The position numbers were made by a program, and so were the translations under genes. From Bdellovibrionota bacterium (GTDB lineage Bacteria > Bdellovibrionota_C > UBA2361 > CALJRW01), in assembly GCA_041740355.1 (NCBI GenBank), contig JBGSMD010000013.1:68146-132145 (forward strand): a DNA stretch of 64,000 nucleotides, read 5' to 3'. A model generated the notes under the pieces. It saw nothing but the letters and a program-made list of their open reading frames with translations. It was not told where the DNA came from and searched no databases. Below, piece after piece: positions 39,338 through 50,317 of the stretch (position 1 is the stretch's first letter; every line of letters starts with the position of its first letter).

Positions 39338-42103
39338 ATGATCCCACACCGTATATTCTGTGACTGGAAATCTCCAGCTCTTGATGGAATCCTTAGGTTC
39401 CTTAGTCAAAATTACACGATCCAAAATGAACTAAACTTAGGGGAATGTTTATTAGTTTTTACGGGTGGAAAAGCGGGGAGAAGATTACAAGAAAAGTTAG
39501 CTCTTTATGCCCAAGAGCAAAATTTAATTTTAACTCCTCCAGTCATTATTACAACAGGATCCTTGCCAGAAAAATTATACATTCCTAAAGTTCCGATAGC
39601 TAGTTCCTTAGAATCTTTATTAGCAAGAATTTCAGCATTAATAGAAATAGAACCTGAAACAGTCAAAAAAATAGCTGGCTTATTACCGGAAAAAAATAAT
39701 TTGAGTGCTTGGGTTGGGATCGCCAAAAACATTACAAATTTGAATTCGGAGCTTGCGGCGGATTTATTAACATTCGAAGTCGCAGGAGAAAAAATTTCTG
39801 AATTGCCTTCTGCTCCTGAAGATTTACGTTGGGAAATTTTAGCCAAAATCCAACAAAATTATTTAGCTGAGTTGGAAAAAGTAAATCTGATCGATCGTCA
39901 TCAAGCACGAATTGAGGCGATTGCCTGTAATCAGATTCAATATCATGGTACCATTATTTTCTGTGCAGTTCGAGAATTAAATCTTGTAACAAGAGAAATG
40001 ATCAAGCAGGTAAATTCTCCAGTCTATGCCTTAATTCATGCACCCGAATCGGAAAGTGAAAGTTTTGATGCTTACGGTACAATTATTACCGAAGCGTGGA
40101 GTCATCGTGATTTAAATATTAATAACGCACTAATCATACCAGCGATTGATGCGAGGGACCAAGGCGTAGCGGCATTAAGTTTTGTTAATAGTTTAAATGG
40201 TAAGTATCACCATAGTGAGATTATTATAGGTCAGACAGATCAAAAGTTATTACCTTACTTAGATAGTGTTTTTATAGAAGCGGGACAAAAACTACACGAT
40301 CCTGCGGGACTTGTTTTAACTGCGACTCGACCCCTTCGCTTATTAAATAAATTACGAGATTATTTACTAAGTAAAAAAATTTCTGATTTTTATGAGTTAC
40401 TTCGATTCCCTGAGATTGAAATTATTATTAGATCAAGACTTTCTTCACAGGGCTTTGCAGAAGTTGACTCCTTAATAGCAAAGTCTGATCGCTTTCAAAC
40501 TAAACATCTACAATCCGAAGTATTAAAAAATCCTTTTAAGTTAGATGCTGAGGATTTATATACTGTCGGAGCTGAGCAGGCCCTAGAAGATATTCTAGCA
40601 CCGTTAAACTTAGGTCAAAAGAACTTGCTTACATGGATTCCGGAACTGCAAAATTTGATTTTAGCGTTTTATCCTGATGCTTTGTATTTACAAGCAGAGA
40701 TTGAAGCAATGGATCAGATCTGGGATTTAATTTTTGAATCCAATGCTTCATTATTACCAACAGTATCTGGAGGGCAGGCTTTGGATATCTTCATTAAATT
40801 AGCTGCTGAGGTTAATATCCCTAAAGAGCGCCAAGCAGCAGAATTAGATACCCTTGGTTGGTTGGAGTTACAATTAGAAGATGCTCCCGTAATCGTAGTT
40901 GCTGGAATGAATGAAGGGTTCGTTCCGGAGTCCGTAAATTCTGATCCATTTTTACCACAAGGAGTTAGAAAACATTTAGGACTTTTAGATAATGAACGCC
41001 GCTATGCTCGTGATGCCTTTGTCATAATGGCATTAATCAATTCAGTTCCAGAGCTTCGCTTTATTTATGCGCATTATGATTCGGAAGGGGGTCCCATCCT
41101 GCCAAGTCGGCTACTTGTTAGTAGTAAACAGGAAGATTTTGTAGCAAAAGTTGCCAGTCTTTATTTGGCTTCAGTACCTAAAAGAGCATTATTTAATAAA
41201 GAAATAGTATTAAGTGAATTAACTAAATGGGAGATCCCACCAAGACCTGAAAAACAATTAGCTCCACTAACCAGTTTATCAGTTACTGCTTTTCGTAATT
41301 ATTTATCCTGTCCATATCGATTCTACCTAGCGAATGTTTTGCGATTAGCAGATGTAAATGATTCATTAATTGAAATGGATGGTCGGTTATTTGGAAACTT
41401 AGGACATGAAGTCCTAGCTAAGTTTATTAGATGTGATCAAGGTGTTTCTAGCAAAGAAGATAATATCAAATCAAAACTAGCAGAAATTTTAGATCAGGTG
41501 TTTTTGGAACAGTTTGGAACTCAGCCATTACCAGCAGTATCCATTCAGAGAGAGCAACTTCGAACACGACTAAATTTATTTGCTTCCTGGCAAGCAGGTT
41601 GGCGAGCAGACGGCTGGATTACTAAAGAAGTTGAATATCCAGAACATTCCAAGGGTACAATTTTAAATGTTGATGGCAAAGATTTTCACGTTTATGGTCG
41701 GATTGATCGTATTGATTATCATCCAATTCAAAAGATCTGGGCGGTCTTTGATTATAAGTTTGGTGAGCAAACACAAGAGCCCGAGAAGACTCATCGCAAG
41801 AACGATGATTGGATCGATTTACAATTACCCCTTTACCAATATATTCTTCGTAATTGTGGTTTTAAAGAAGAGATGCAACTTGGCTATATTCGTCTTGCTC
41901 CCGAAATTCAGTTTGAGAAAATAGCTACTTTTGCAAAGTGGACGGAAGAAGAGTTAAGTTCAGCGGAAGCTGCAGCCTCAGAGGTAATTAGAAAAATTCG
42001 TCGGCAGGAATTCTGGCCTCCAAATGAGCAAAACTATCCAACAGATCCCTTTGCCGCAATTATGGGCGTATCTCAGTTTGTAGAGGAAGTAGCAGATGTC
42101 TAA
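39338..42103 (+). CDS. addB: AddB-like PD-(D/E)XK nuclease subunit
   Basis: GMNEGFVP, SVTAF..YL.CPYRFY, GRIDRID, DYK and QLPLY motifs; overlaps the start of addA. Confidence 0.8.
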   Translation: MIPHRIFCDWKSPALDGILRFLSQNYTIQNELNLGECLLVFTGGKAGRRLQEKLALYAQEQNLILTPPVIITTGSLPEKLYIPKVPIASSLESLLARISALIEIEPETVKKIAGLLPEKNNLSAWVGIAKNITNLNSELAADLLTFEVAGEKISELPSAPEDLRWEILAKIQQNYLAELEKVNLIDRHQARIEAIACNQIQYHGTIIFCAVRELNLVTREMIKQVNSPVYALIHAPESESESFDAYGTIITEAWSHRDLNINNALIIPAIDARDQGVAALSFVNSLNGKYHHSEIIIGQTDQKLLPYLDSVFIEAGQKLHDPAGLVLTATRPLRLLNKLRDYLLSKKISDFYELLRFPEIEIIIRSRLSSQGFAEVDSLIAKSDRFQTKHLQSEVLKNPFKLDAEDLYTVGAEQALEDILAPLNLGQKNLLTWIPELQNLILAFYPDALYLQAEIEAMDQIWDLIFESNASLLPTVSGGQALDIFIKLAAEVNIPKERQAAELDTLGWLELQLEDAPVIVVAGMNEGFVPESVNSDPFLPQGVRKHLGLLDNERRYARDAFVIMALINSVPELRFIYAHYDSEGGPILPSRLLVSSKQEDFVAKVASLYLASVPKRALFNKEIVLSELTKWEIPPRPEKQLAPLTSLSVTAFRNYLSCPYRFYLANVLRLADVNDSLIEMDGRLFGNLGHEVLAKFIRCDQGVSSKEDNIKSKLAEILDQVFLEQFGTQPLPAVSIQREQLRTRLNLFASWQAGWRADGWITKEVEYPEHSKGTILNVDGKDFHVYGRIDRIDYHPIQKIWAVFDYKFGEQTQEPEKTHRKNDDWIDLQLPLYQYILRNCGFKEEMQLGYIRLAPEIQFEKIATFAKWTEEELSSAEAAASEVIRKIRRQEFWPPNEQNYPTDPFAAIMGVSQFVEEVADV

Positions 42104-45100
42104 TTTTGCTAGTTCCATCAGTCTTCCACCAAAGGTAGTACGGGCTAGTGCTGGTACAGGGAAGACCTTTCAACTTTCATCTCGGTATTTACAACTGATT
42201 TTACTGGGGGAACAACCAGATAAGATCTTAGCTACTACTTTTACAAAAAAAGCTGCCGGTGAGATCCGCGAAAGGATTCTACAAAGGTTGGTAACTGCTG
42301 CCAGTAGTAATCAACAAACAAATCAATTAGGAATAGAGTTAGCAATTCCATATTTAAAGTTAGATACAGTGAACACTACTTTAAAAAAATTTATTGCCTT
42401 CCAACATCGTCTTCAAATTTGTACCTTAGATAGTTTTTTTGTAAGTCTGGCGAAGAGTTTTTCTTCGGAGTTAGAGCTTCCCGCGAGTTGGAGGATCTTA
42501 GATCCTTTAGCGAACGTTGAATTTATCGATGAGGCCGTAAAAGATCTTTGTAGTGATCAACAAGTACTTATAGAATTACTAAATTTGCTCCAAAATAATC
42601 ACGGGGCTAGGAAAATTCATGGTGTTTTGGTTGAGCAAGTTACCAAGCTCCAGGAATTAGTTTATCTTAGTAGCCGTGAATCTTGGAATTGTGATTTTCT
42701 GACGAAACCACCAAGGGAATCAGAGTTGGCTGAGGCAATTAAAGCATTGCCAAATTTTCCAATACCACAGAGTAAGTCAGGGAAACCAAATCTGAACTAT
42801 CAAAAAGCTTTACTTAAAATTACAGATTTAATTAACGGCAGTGGTTATTGGGAAGCAAGAGTCTTAAGTGATGGTGGAGCGCTCTTTGATAAAATTATTC
42901 TTGGGGAACCTGCTACTTATTATCAAGCTGATATTCCAGAAGAGCTTTTCGTTCTTTTTAAACCAATCTGCCAACAAGTTCGTTTTAAGATTTTAACTAG
43001 AATTAATCAACAAACTAAAGCTCTCAGAATTTTAATGGACAAACTTGTAGTGCTTTATGAGGCACATCGTAACGCTGCCAGTGCTGTGTCTTTTGATGAT
43101 CTGAAAAGAAAAATTTTTAAAGCTTCAATCGCCAATAACTTGGTGGAAATGTATTTCAGAATTGACACTAAAATTAACCATTTATTATTAGATGAGTTCC
43201 AAGATACGTCTCTTGCTGAGTGGGTATTGCTAGAACCAATTGCCGATGAAGTTTTAGCTCATGCCGATGAAACTCATTCCTTCTTTTGTGTCGGAGATAC
43301 TAAGCAGGCAATTTATGGATTTCGTGGTGGCGTAGCAGAAATTTTTGACCAGTTAGAATCTCGTTGGGCACATTTAGCTACAGAACGCTTAGAAGTTTCT
43401 AGGCGTTCCTCCCAGATTGTCTTAGATTTTATTAATTTAATTTTTGATAATATTAAAGATAATCCAACCCTGGCAAGATTCCCTGAAGCTGGCAAGCGTT
43501 GGCAGCAACGTTTTGATTCACATTCTGCCTATCATCAAGATCTACCTGGTTTTGTATCGTTGGTTGATGTTGGTGAAATTAGTCCAATAAAAATCATGGC
43601 GGAAGAAGTGCTACAACTTTATCAAGCAAATCCTAAAATTACGATTGGAGTCCTTGTACGTGGAGGAAAAGGATTAGCTGAATGTTTATATGAACTTAAA
43701 AAGCTAGGAATACCGGCAAGTGGAGAGGGAGGATCGGCCTTAATAGATTCTCCTGTTGTTGTAACACTACTATCTTTCTTATGGTTGGTGGATCATCCGG
43801 CAGACACAATTGCCCATTTTCATGTAGCTAGTTCTCCTCTCGCTGATATCTTAGGGGTTACAAAGTCTGATTCCCTAGCTCAGCGCGATCTCATTGGAAA
43901 GATTTTTAGAAATAAATTATTAGATCAAAGTTTATCTGAAATCATATCTGATTTAGTTAGCCGCTTAGAATCCGTCAGTAGTCAGAGAGATCGTTCTAAG
44001 TTACAACAATTGGTTAATGCCACAATGAACTTTAATCAAGGACAACAAACACGACTTTCTAAGTTTGTGGAGTATGTGCGAAGATTAAAAGTTCCCGATC
44101 CTGAGCAAAGTCCAGTCAAGGTGATGACCATCCATAAATCTAAAGGTTTAGAATTTGATGCAGTTTTTTTAGCCGACTTAGATTATGAGATCAGTCGGTC
44201 TAGGCCAAAGTCAGTTGTCACGTATCAAGATTCAACTTTCGAAGCACCCAGTCGTGTAATTGTTAATATCAAGGAAAAGTTGCGGATCGTGCATCCCGCT
44301 TTGGAATATCCCTATCAGCAATTAAAAATTGCCGAGGCGGTAGATGCCTTAAGCTTACTTTATGTGGCACTAACGCGTGCTAGGCACGCTTTATATGTTT
44401 TTGTTGATACTAATAATTCCAGAGCTACCGTTGGAAAACTAGTTGCTAATTGTAATCAAAGTATTATTGAAAAAAATGAAACAAAAAAAAAGAAGGATGA
44501 TTCTGAAGTAATCCAAGTTGCCAAGTTGCTTTATTCTGCAGGGGATCAAAACTGGCAACAGTTAGTTAAACAAGAAGCGACTCAGGTTAAACCAGTAGAA
44601 ATTGTTTCACTGGAAATATTCTTTGCTGAAGAACAGGCTCTAGGAAAAAGAAATATTCCTCGAATCACACCATCTAAGACTAAAACTAAGGTGCAATTTC
44701 GAGGGCATAGTCCTGAAGGCCGAAAGGCTAGGGATAAAGGTACGGTGCTACATAAGCTCTTTGAAGGAATTGAGTGGAGTGATACCATTGATTTAAAGAA
44801 CCAACAGAAGTTAGCCGATTTTCAACATTGGTCTACCAGTAATCCATTGATTCCCGAGGCTGAAATTAAGGAAGCAATTCGTTTTTTTCAATATCGGATT
44901 CAAGACCCAAAGATTAAGAATATTTTTGAAAAATCTAATTATGATTGCTGGGAGTCTCAACTGAAATTAGAACGCGAGCGACGCTTCACTGTGATTACGC
45001 CAAAGGGCTTAAATGTTGGGATAATTGATCGTTTAGTCCTTGGCTTGCAAGAAAAAAAAGTAAAGTATGCCGAAATTATTGATTTTAAAAGTGACTTACA

Positions 45101-45242
45101 GCCAGCTAAGCATCAGCAGTTTCATCAGGAACAAATTGAAAGTTATCGTGAAGCAGTTTGTGCCATGTACAATATTCCAGTAAAGCAGGTAAGTTGTAAA
45201 CTTGTTTATTTAGAAACTCTAGAAATTAAAATAATCAGATGA
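42096..45242 (+). CDS. addA: AddA-like UvrD helicase-nuclease
   Basis: ASAGTGKT, TFTKKAAGE, LDEFQDT, VGD.KQAIYGFRG, MTIHKSKGLEF, LYVALTRA and C-terminal G.IDRL...IIDFKSD motifs. Confidence 0.88.
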   Translation: MSNFASSISLPPKVVRASAGTGKTFQLSSRYLQLILLGEQPDKILATTFTKKAAGEIRERILQRLVTAASSNQQTNQLGIELAIPYLKLDTVNTTLKKFIAFQHRLQICTLDSFFVSLAKSFSSELELPASWRILDPLANVEFIDEAVKDLCSDQQVLIELLNLLQNNHGARKIHGVLVEQVTKLQELVYLSSRESWNCDFLTKPPRESELAEAIKALPNFPIPQSKSGKPNLNYQKALLKITDLINGSGYWEARVLSDGGALFDKIILGEPATYYQADIPEELFVLFKPICQQVRFKILTRINQQTKALRILMDKLVVLYEAHRNAASAVSFDDLKRKIFKASIANNLVEMYFRIDTKINHLLLDEFQDTSLAEWVLLEPIADEVLAHADETHSFFCVGDTKQAIYGFRGGVAEIFDQLESRWAHLATERLEVSRRSSQIVLDFINLIFDNIKDNPTLARFPEAGKRWQQRFDSHSAYHQDLPGFVSLVDVGEISPIKIMAEEVLQLYQANPKITIGVLVRGGKGLAECLYELKKLGIPASGEGGSALIDSPVVVTLLSFLWLVDHPADTIAHFHVASSPLADILGVTKSDSLAQRDLIGKIFRNKLLDQSLSEIISDLVSRLESVSSQRDRSKLQQLVNATMNFNQGQQTRLSKFVEYVRRLKVPDPEQSPVKVMTIHKSKGLEFDAVFLADLDYEISRSRPKSVVTYQDSTFEAPSRVIVNIKEKLRIVHPALEYPYQQLKIAEAVDALSLLYVALTRARHALYVFVDTNNSRATVGKLVANCNQSIIEKNETKKKKDDSEVIQVAKLLYSAGDQNWQQLVKQEATQVKPVEIVSLEIFFAEEQALGKRNIPRITPSKTKTKVQFRGHSPEGRKARDKGTVLHKLFEGIEWSDTIDLKNQQKLADFQHWSTSNPLIPEAEIKEAIRFFQYRIQDPKIKNIFEKSNYDCWESQLKLERERRFTVITPKGLNVGIIDRLVLGLQEKKVKYAEIIDFKSDLQPAKHQQFHQEQIESYREAVCAMYNIPVKQVSCKLVYLETLEIKIIR

Positions 45243-45484
45243 GTGAAGAAGCTCCCGTAAATTTAATCGTAATTTCATTTCGAGAACTTTCGGCGGATGC
45301 GCTGCGTGGTGTTATTGAATCTTTTATTCTCAGAGAAGGTACTGATTATGGAGATCAAGATTATTCACTTGATCAAAAAGTTTCACAAGTTGTTCGTCAA
45401 TTAGAAAGAGGTGAGGCCGAAATTGTCTATGACCTGATTGATGAAAGTTGTGATCTGCGGATGAAGTCCAAACGTCAGATTTAA
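45239..45484 (+). CDS. yheU: YheU family protein
   Basis: IESFILREGTDYG signature. Confidence 0.88.
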   Translation: MSEEAPVNLIVISFRELSADALRGVIESFILREGTDYGDQDYSLDQKVSQVVRQLERGEAEIVYDLIDESCDLRMKSKRQI

Positions 45485-45681
45485 ATCCAATTTTCTTATA
45501 TTCTTTTATTACTAATCTAAAATTGTTTTTGTAAATCAAATTATTAGTTAATTTGATCTTTCAGAATAGCTATTCTGCACAATCAGAATTTTCTAGTTTA
45601 TCGTTATAAATTAGAGGATAGTCTTTTCCTAAAGGCCTCATAGTATACTTTAAAACTATCGTTAGCTGAGACTAGAACTAT

Positions 45682-46545
45682 ATGATGTTTGCGTATCAAC
45701 AAGATCTTGAAAGTCCTACTAGTAAATTATTTGATTTGCTGGTTGCTAATTCGATTCATGCTGATCAGCAACATACTGTTTATGGTTTCTCTCAGGAGGG
45801 ACAGCGCTTATTAATGTTAACTCAAATTGGAAATCCAGATTTGCCGACATTAATGATTGTTGCTGGTACACATGGCGACGAGATAGCTGGAATTGATGCC
45901 GCTGCAAAATTTTGGATTAATGAGGCACCTAAATATCTTAATCAAGTTAATTTAATCTATTATCCATGTGTTAACCCAGATGGGTATAATGCTGGTCGAA
46001 GATTAACTGCTAATAATTCCGATATCAATCGTGAGTTTCATTTTGAAACAACTGTTCCTGAAGCCAAGGCCCTGATTTTATCGATGAATCGTTGGGGTAA
46101 AGCTGTTAATTTTTTATTGCATTTACATGAGGATAATCCCGCTCATCCCATGGATTTAGGGGATGCCGATGTGCCAATTGGATCTTATCTTTACTTACAT
46201 GGTAAGCCAAACCATACCTTTCCAATTGCCAATCGAATTATTGATCAGTGGCAGCGATCGGGCTATCCAATTCATCATACCGATAGACTATATGGTTCCG
46301 CAGTAAGTGATGGAGTAATAAATTGTACCACGGATCGACATAATCCAGTGATTTCTGAGGCGGCCTTACTTGATAATTTTGTAACTAGTGGTGAAAAGTG
46401 TATGTCAATCACAGTGGAAACTTTAACAACTGATGATTTTCGAAGAAGAGTAGCAATGCAATATGATGCTATAGAGACAACAATCAGGTTTCTGATTAAA
46501 CGACCGAGGTTAGACCAGTGCTATCTTTATGCAGAATACAACTAG
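45682..46545 (+). CDS. M14-family zinc carboxypeptidase/desuccinylase-like protein
   Basis: AGTHGDE, NPDGY, DINR and LHE motifs. Confidence 0.85.
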   Translation: MMFAYQQDLESPTSKLFDLLVANSIHADQQHTVYGFSQEGQRLLMLTQIGNPDLPTLMIVAGTHGDEIAGIDAAAKFWINEAPKYLNQVNLIYYPCVNPDGYNAGRRLTANNSDINREFHFETTVPEAKALILSMNRWGKAVNFLLHLHEDNPAHPMDLGDADVPIGSYLYLHGKPNHTFPIANRIIDQWQRSGYPIHHTDRLYGSAVSDGVINCTTDRHNPVISEAALLDNFVTSGEKCMSITVETLTTDDFRRRVAMQYDAIETTIRFLIKRPRLDQCYLYAEYN

Positions 46546-46599
46546 CACTGACGTAAGGTAAGGATTATTATCTGACGATATTTATTTTTTATAAAAACA

Positions 46600-47280
46600 A
46601 TGAGAATTCAATTGAGCCTTTTGATTGTTAGTAGTTTGTTCTTTTCTCTGTTAGTTAATTCTGAACAACAAGTAATTGACTGTGAAAGTGTTAAGGTTAA
46701 TTACGAAAAAATAACAACAGAAATTAACCAGTCATGTGAATTAGGAACAAAATGTGCCATTGCTGGTGTTAATTGGGATCCTTGTAGCTCGGCAATTGCC
46801 CATAATGATCAAGAGCATGTGACTCAATTAACTACACATCGAAAGGAACTTCATCAAATCTGTAATTTTAAGGAAGAGAGTTGCGTTGATATCCCAACAG
46901 AAGCATTTTGTTACAATCGTATGTGTAGAACTAGAACAGAGCTTGAAAGCATTGAACCCTTGGATATTAAATTAAAATTAGTATCTGCAGGTACACCCTT
47001 AGCGTCAAAAGTTATTCAAGTTATGATTGATACGGGAATTCGATGTATTTCAGCACCATGTCCTAGCTCTAAAGAAATCCTTAGTTTATTAACAGACGAT
47101 CAAGGAATATTGGTTTTTAATCAAGAATCAATATTTCATGTTTTGGATGAGTTGCGATTTTCACCTGATGGTACGACTCTGAGGATTGATGGTTATGGAT
47201 TTGCAAATCTAAATCTAAAGAGTTTATTAGTAGATGCTACTAAAGTTGTAGAAATTAATTTTGTAAAGCAAGTTCAATAG
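46600..47280 (+). CDS. Secreted Cys-rich hypothetical protein
   Basis: Signal peptide, many Cys residues, GIRCISAPCP motif. Confidence 0.7.
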   Translation: MRIQLSLLIVSSLFFSLLVNSEQQVIDCESVKVNYEKITTEINQSCELGTKCAIAGVNWDPCSSAIAHNDQEHVTQLTTHRKELHQICNFKEESCVDIPTEAFCYNRMCRTRTELESIEPLDIKLKLVSAGTPLASKVIQVMIDTGIRCISAPCPSSKEILSLLTDDQGILVFNQESIFHVLDELRFSPDGTTLRIDGYGFANLNLKSLLVDATKVVEINFVKQVQ

Positions 47281-47389
47281 TAAATTAGCCTGACTATCAG
47301 AATTTTTTGTGCCAAAGAACGATATTTGCTTAGGATACAAAGTTAGTTTAACGTCTAGTATGGATTTTTACTCTGGGTTGTTTAGTTAG

Positions 47390-49222
47390 ATGTTTGTTCG
47401 CGTTATTAGAGACTCAAGTTATATCGAATCTTTAGAACTCCTAAAGGCGTGCAGAGATTTTGAGTGTAAGATCCGTTTTCCAGTTGACTTGATTGCGACT
47501 CAACTACGTGAGGAAGCAATTAATAATATTCGTACTGCGACTCCACCAACAGGAATAATTAATCGTTTTATCAATCTTTGGAGTAGTTTCCCAAACGGAG
47601 AAGACACTATCTCTGCTTGTTACCGTACAGACCCTAAATTAGCCAAGGCATTTATATTACAGGCACTGGAACTAACTTTAATTGCGGCTGATATCAGTCG
47701 CGATACTGATGCTATCCAAAAATCTGTTTACAACATCTGTCGATTTATTGACCTTAGTGATTATTCCCAAGCTCCTGCAGTATCTGAGCCACACTTTGAC
47801 TCCTTTTTTAATGATTATCTCCAAGACTTAGAGTCTGATCTGGCTGGATTTCGAGGGATACTCTGTAAAGTTATAATTAATAATCCTGGTTTGATGCCAA
47901 TATTGGAACAACATACGGATCATTTTCCAGAACTTCAGGCACTTATATATCGCGATTTTTTTACACATTTTGCATATAAAACGACCTTATCTGCAAGTGA
48001 ACTAAAAATAGCTTGTTGTATTCAAGTTGGTGCAGATCGAGTGATCAAGTTAATTGATCAGAAGTACGTGGAGACAGAAGATTATGATGGTCAGTTTGAA
48101 GCCTTAGAAGAATCACATTCTTCGGGACATATTTTTAATGAAAAGTTAGCATTAATCAGGGCATGTTTTAATGCTAGGCATATCTCACAAAGTCATGCAG
48201 CTGACTATTGTTTAATAACTCCTGAGGCGGATCATTGTGCAATCGTTCGAGCTTTCATGCTGAAGTATCAGGATAAATCACCATTTGAACTTGATTCGGC
48301 ACAAGCCTTTATGAGCGAAGCAGACTTCTTAGAAAAAGAAAAAAGTATCGCCTTTCGCACTTTATTTGTTTCAGAGTTGATTGATTTAAGATTGCAACAA
48401 ACGGCCGAGGTCTATTTTGATTATTTAGAAATGAATTCAGAATTACAGAGTTCGCACCAGACCTTTCGACTGACCTTTCTTTGTAAATTAGTTAATGGTT
48501 TCGCTGAAGTTAATTTTTTAAAAGCTAATCACTACTTAGATCAAGTCTGTAATTATCTAGATTTTGGTCGTAATCAAGAGCAAATGTTGAACGAAATCTT
48601 CCAAGCGCTAAAACCTTCCTTTGAGGTGCCATATATTCAAGAACGATTAGTTAAAGAATTTACAAATCGATTCTCTCCAGAAGCATATGACCTAGTGGAT
48701 TTGGAAGTGGTTGATGATTTTTATCAGGGCTTAATTATCTCTAAACGTTTTGATCTACTAGAAAAATATTCTTCTTATTTGGCAAGTTTTTATGATGACA
48801 CTGATTTATTGGTGAATGCCTACTTGGAAGGAGTTGCCAATTTATATGAGCGTAAGGAATTTGATGCGGCGACGCAGGCTTTTGAACTTGCTTGTCAGCA
48901 TGCCGGATTAGACCCTGATCGACCTAAAATCGATTGGCAAATGGTAATTGACGATTTCTGCACTCTAAATCAAACTTTGCACTTTTTTCGCTCGGCCTTG
49001 ATGGTCAGGAGCTATGGCTTTACAAGACATGTATTGAAAGGATTCCAACTTGCTGTTAATAATTGTGAAGAGGTAGAAAAATCTTCGGAAATTGCTCTAA
49101 AAGTGAATCTTGCACTTTCAGAGGAAATGCTCCGAAGAAGTGGTCATTTAGCTCATCCTTTGCTCCATTGTTATTTTGAAAATTATCTAGGGGTCTTAGG
49201 AGTTAAAGGTTTAAATGAATAG
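47390..49222 (+). CDS. Large hypothetical helical protein
   Basis: 610-aa ORF with no recognised motif. Confidence 0.7.
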   Translation: MFVRVIRDSSYIESLELLKACRDFECKIRFPVDLIATQLREEAINNIRTATPPTGIINRFINLWSSFPNGEDTISACYRTDPKLAKAFILQALELTLIAADISRDTDAIQKSVYNICRFIDLSDYSQAPAVSEPHFDSFFNDYLQDLESDLAGFRGILCKVIINNPGLMPILEQHTDHFPELQALIYRDFFTHFAYKTTLSASELKIACCIQVGADRVIKLIDQKYVETEDYDGQFEALEESHSSGHIFNEKLALIRACFNARHISQSHAADYCLITPEADHCAIVRAFMLKYQDKSPFELDSAQAFMSEADFLEKEKSIAFRTLFVSELIDLRLQQTAEVYFDYLEMNSELQSSHQTFRLTFLCKLVNGFAEVNFLKANHYLDQVCNYLDFGRNQEQMLNEIFQALKPSFEVPYIQERLVKEFTNRFSPEAYDLVDLEVVDDFYQGLIISKRFDLLEKYSSYLASFYDDTDLLVNAYLEGVANLYERKEFDAATQAFELACQHAGLDPDRPKIDWQMVIDDFCTLNQTLHFFRSALMVRSYGFTRHVLKGFQLAVNNCEEVEKSSEIALKVNLALSEEMLRRSGHLAHPLLHCYFENYLGVLGVKGLNE

Positions 49223-49247
49223 GAACTATATTTAGGAGAATAGCCTG

Positions 49248-49520
49248 ATGTCAATCCAGCTTGTGCCTACAATACCTAGATTTCTAGAAGAAGATCGACA
49301 TCCTAATACAGTTCCAGCAAAAATTTCTACAAAAACTTCCCAGCAGATAGATTTATCCAAAATTGAGATGTCAGCACCAGTAGATGGTACCGAAAATATT
49401 AATTTTGGTGTAAGGCATTTAATACGGGCATGGTGTTGTCTGCTTGTATTCTCATTTAGTAGTAGCGATGAAGAGTACTACAAAATTTGTGGTTCCAAGT
49501 ATGGTCCGCCTAAAAAATAG
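49248..49520 (+). CDS. Hypothetical protein
   Basis: AGGAG ribosome-binding site upstream; 90 aa. Confidence 0.5.
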   Translation: MSIQLVPTIPRFLEEDRHPNTVPAKISTKTSQQIDLSKIEMSAPVDGTENINFGVRHLIRAWCCLLVFSFSSSDEEYYKICGSKYGPPKK

Positions 49521-49524
49521 TTGC

Positions 49525-49559
49525 CTTAGATCTCAAGCACTAAGCGCATGAGATCTAAG
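49525..49559. terminator. Hairpin, possible terminator
   Basis: Perfect 11-bp inverted repeat CTTAGATCTCA/TGAGATCTAAG just after the stop at 49520; no clear U-tract. Confidence 0.4.
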
Positions 49560-49710
49560 TAAGCTTATAAAATAAAGATAAAGTGAAGTATATAGTAAGC
49601 CCAAGAAGTAATTCCCGAAATTTTGTCTTTATTTTCTAAATTCTTTCAACTAAGTTTGTAGCTAGATTTGTAGTACCGAGATTAAATGTGTCTATTATAA
49701 AAATATCTTT

Positions 49711-50295
49711 ATGAAACATTCCAGTGTCTTCCTTTTTTTAATCATCTTCTTACTTGCATGTGCCACTCAGAAATCAGAGCCAGTTCCGCCAGTGGAATAT
49801 TTTTCTCATACAGTTAAATATCAAGGAGAGACTCTTGGGATTATCGCTGGATGGTACACGGGGAAAAGCTTAAACTGGAAAGTAATTGAAAATGACAATC
49901 CCGGGTTAGATGTTACTAGAATGAAAATTGGAGATACGATTTTAATTCCTAAAAATATACTTCGTCGCAGTGATGCTTTTCCACAAAGTTACATCGTAAA
50001 AATAAATGAAGTTAAAGTTAAGCAAGTAGAGACACCAGCAATTGTTGAAAATGAAGTTGATCCTGATGAGGAGTTAGAAGACGTCTCCAACAGTTCGGTA
50101 AGCCTTGAGAAGACGATACCCCTTGAGATTAAACCAGTTCCGAGTGCAGTAACTGACTTAAATCCGCAAGTCGGCAATCCTGAAGAAGCACCTGCTAAGA
50201 TAGTTGGGCCAGTGCAAACGCCAGATGAAATAGCGGCGAAGAGCTTAGAAGCAATAGACTCCAAAATTAAAGAAGCAACAGTTCCGGCACCATAG
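49711..50295 (+). CDS. LysM-domain lipoprotein
   Basis: Lipobox LLAC; HTVK..GETL..IA.WY...N P.L....MKIGDTILIP. Confidence 0.85.
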   Translation: MKHSSVFLFLIIFLLACATQKSEPVPPVEYFSHTVKYQGETLGIIAGWYTGKSLNWKVIENDNPGLDVTRMKIGDTILIPKNILRRSDAFPQSYIVKINEVKVKQVETPAIVENEVDPDEELEDVSNSSVSLEKTIPLEIKPVPSAVTDLNPQVGNPEEAPAKIVGPVQTPDEIAAKSLEAIDSKIKEATVPAP

Positions 50296-50317
50296 TATTT
50301 TGAAAATAAATAACTTT

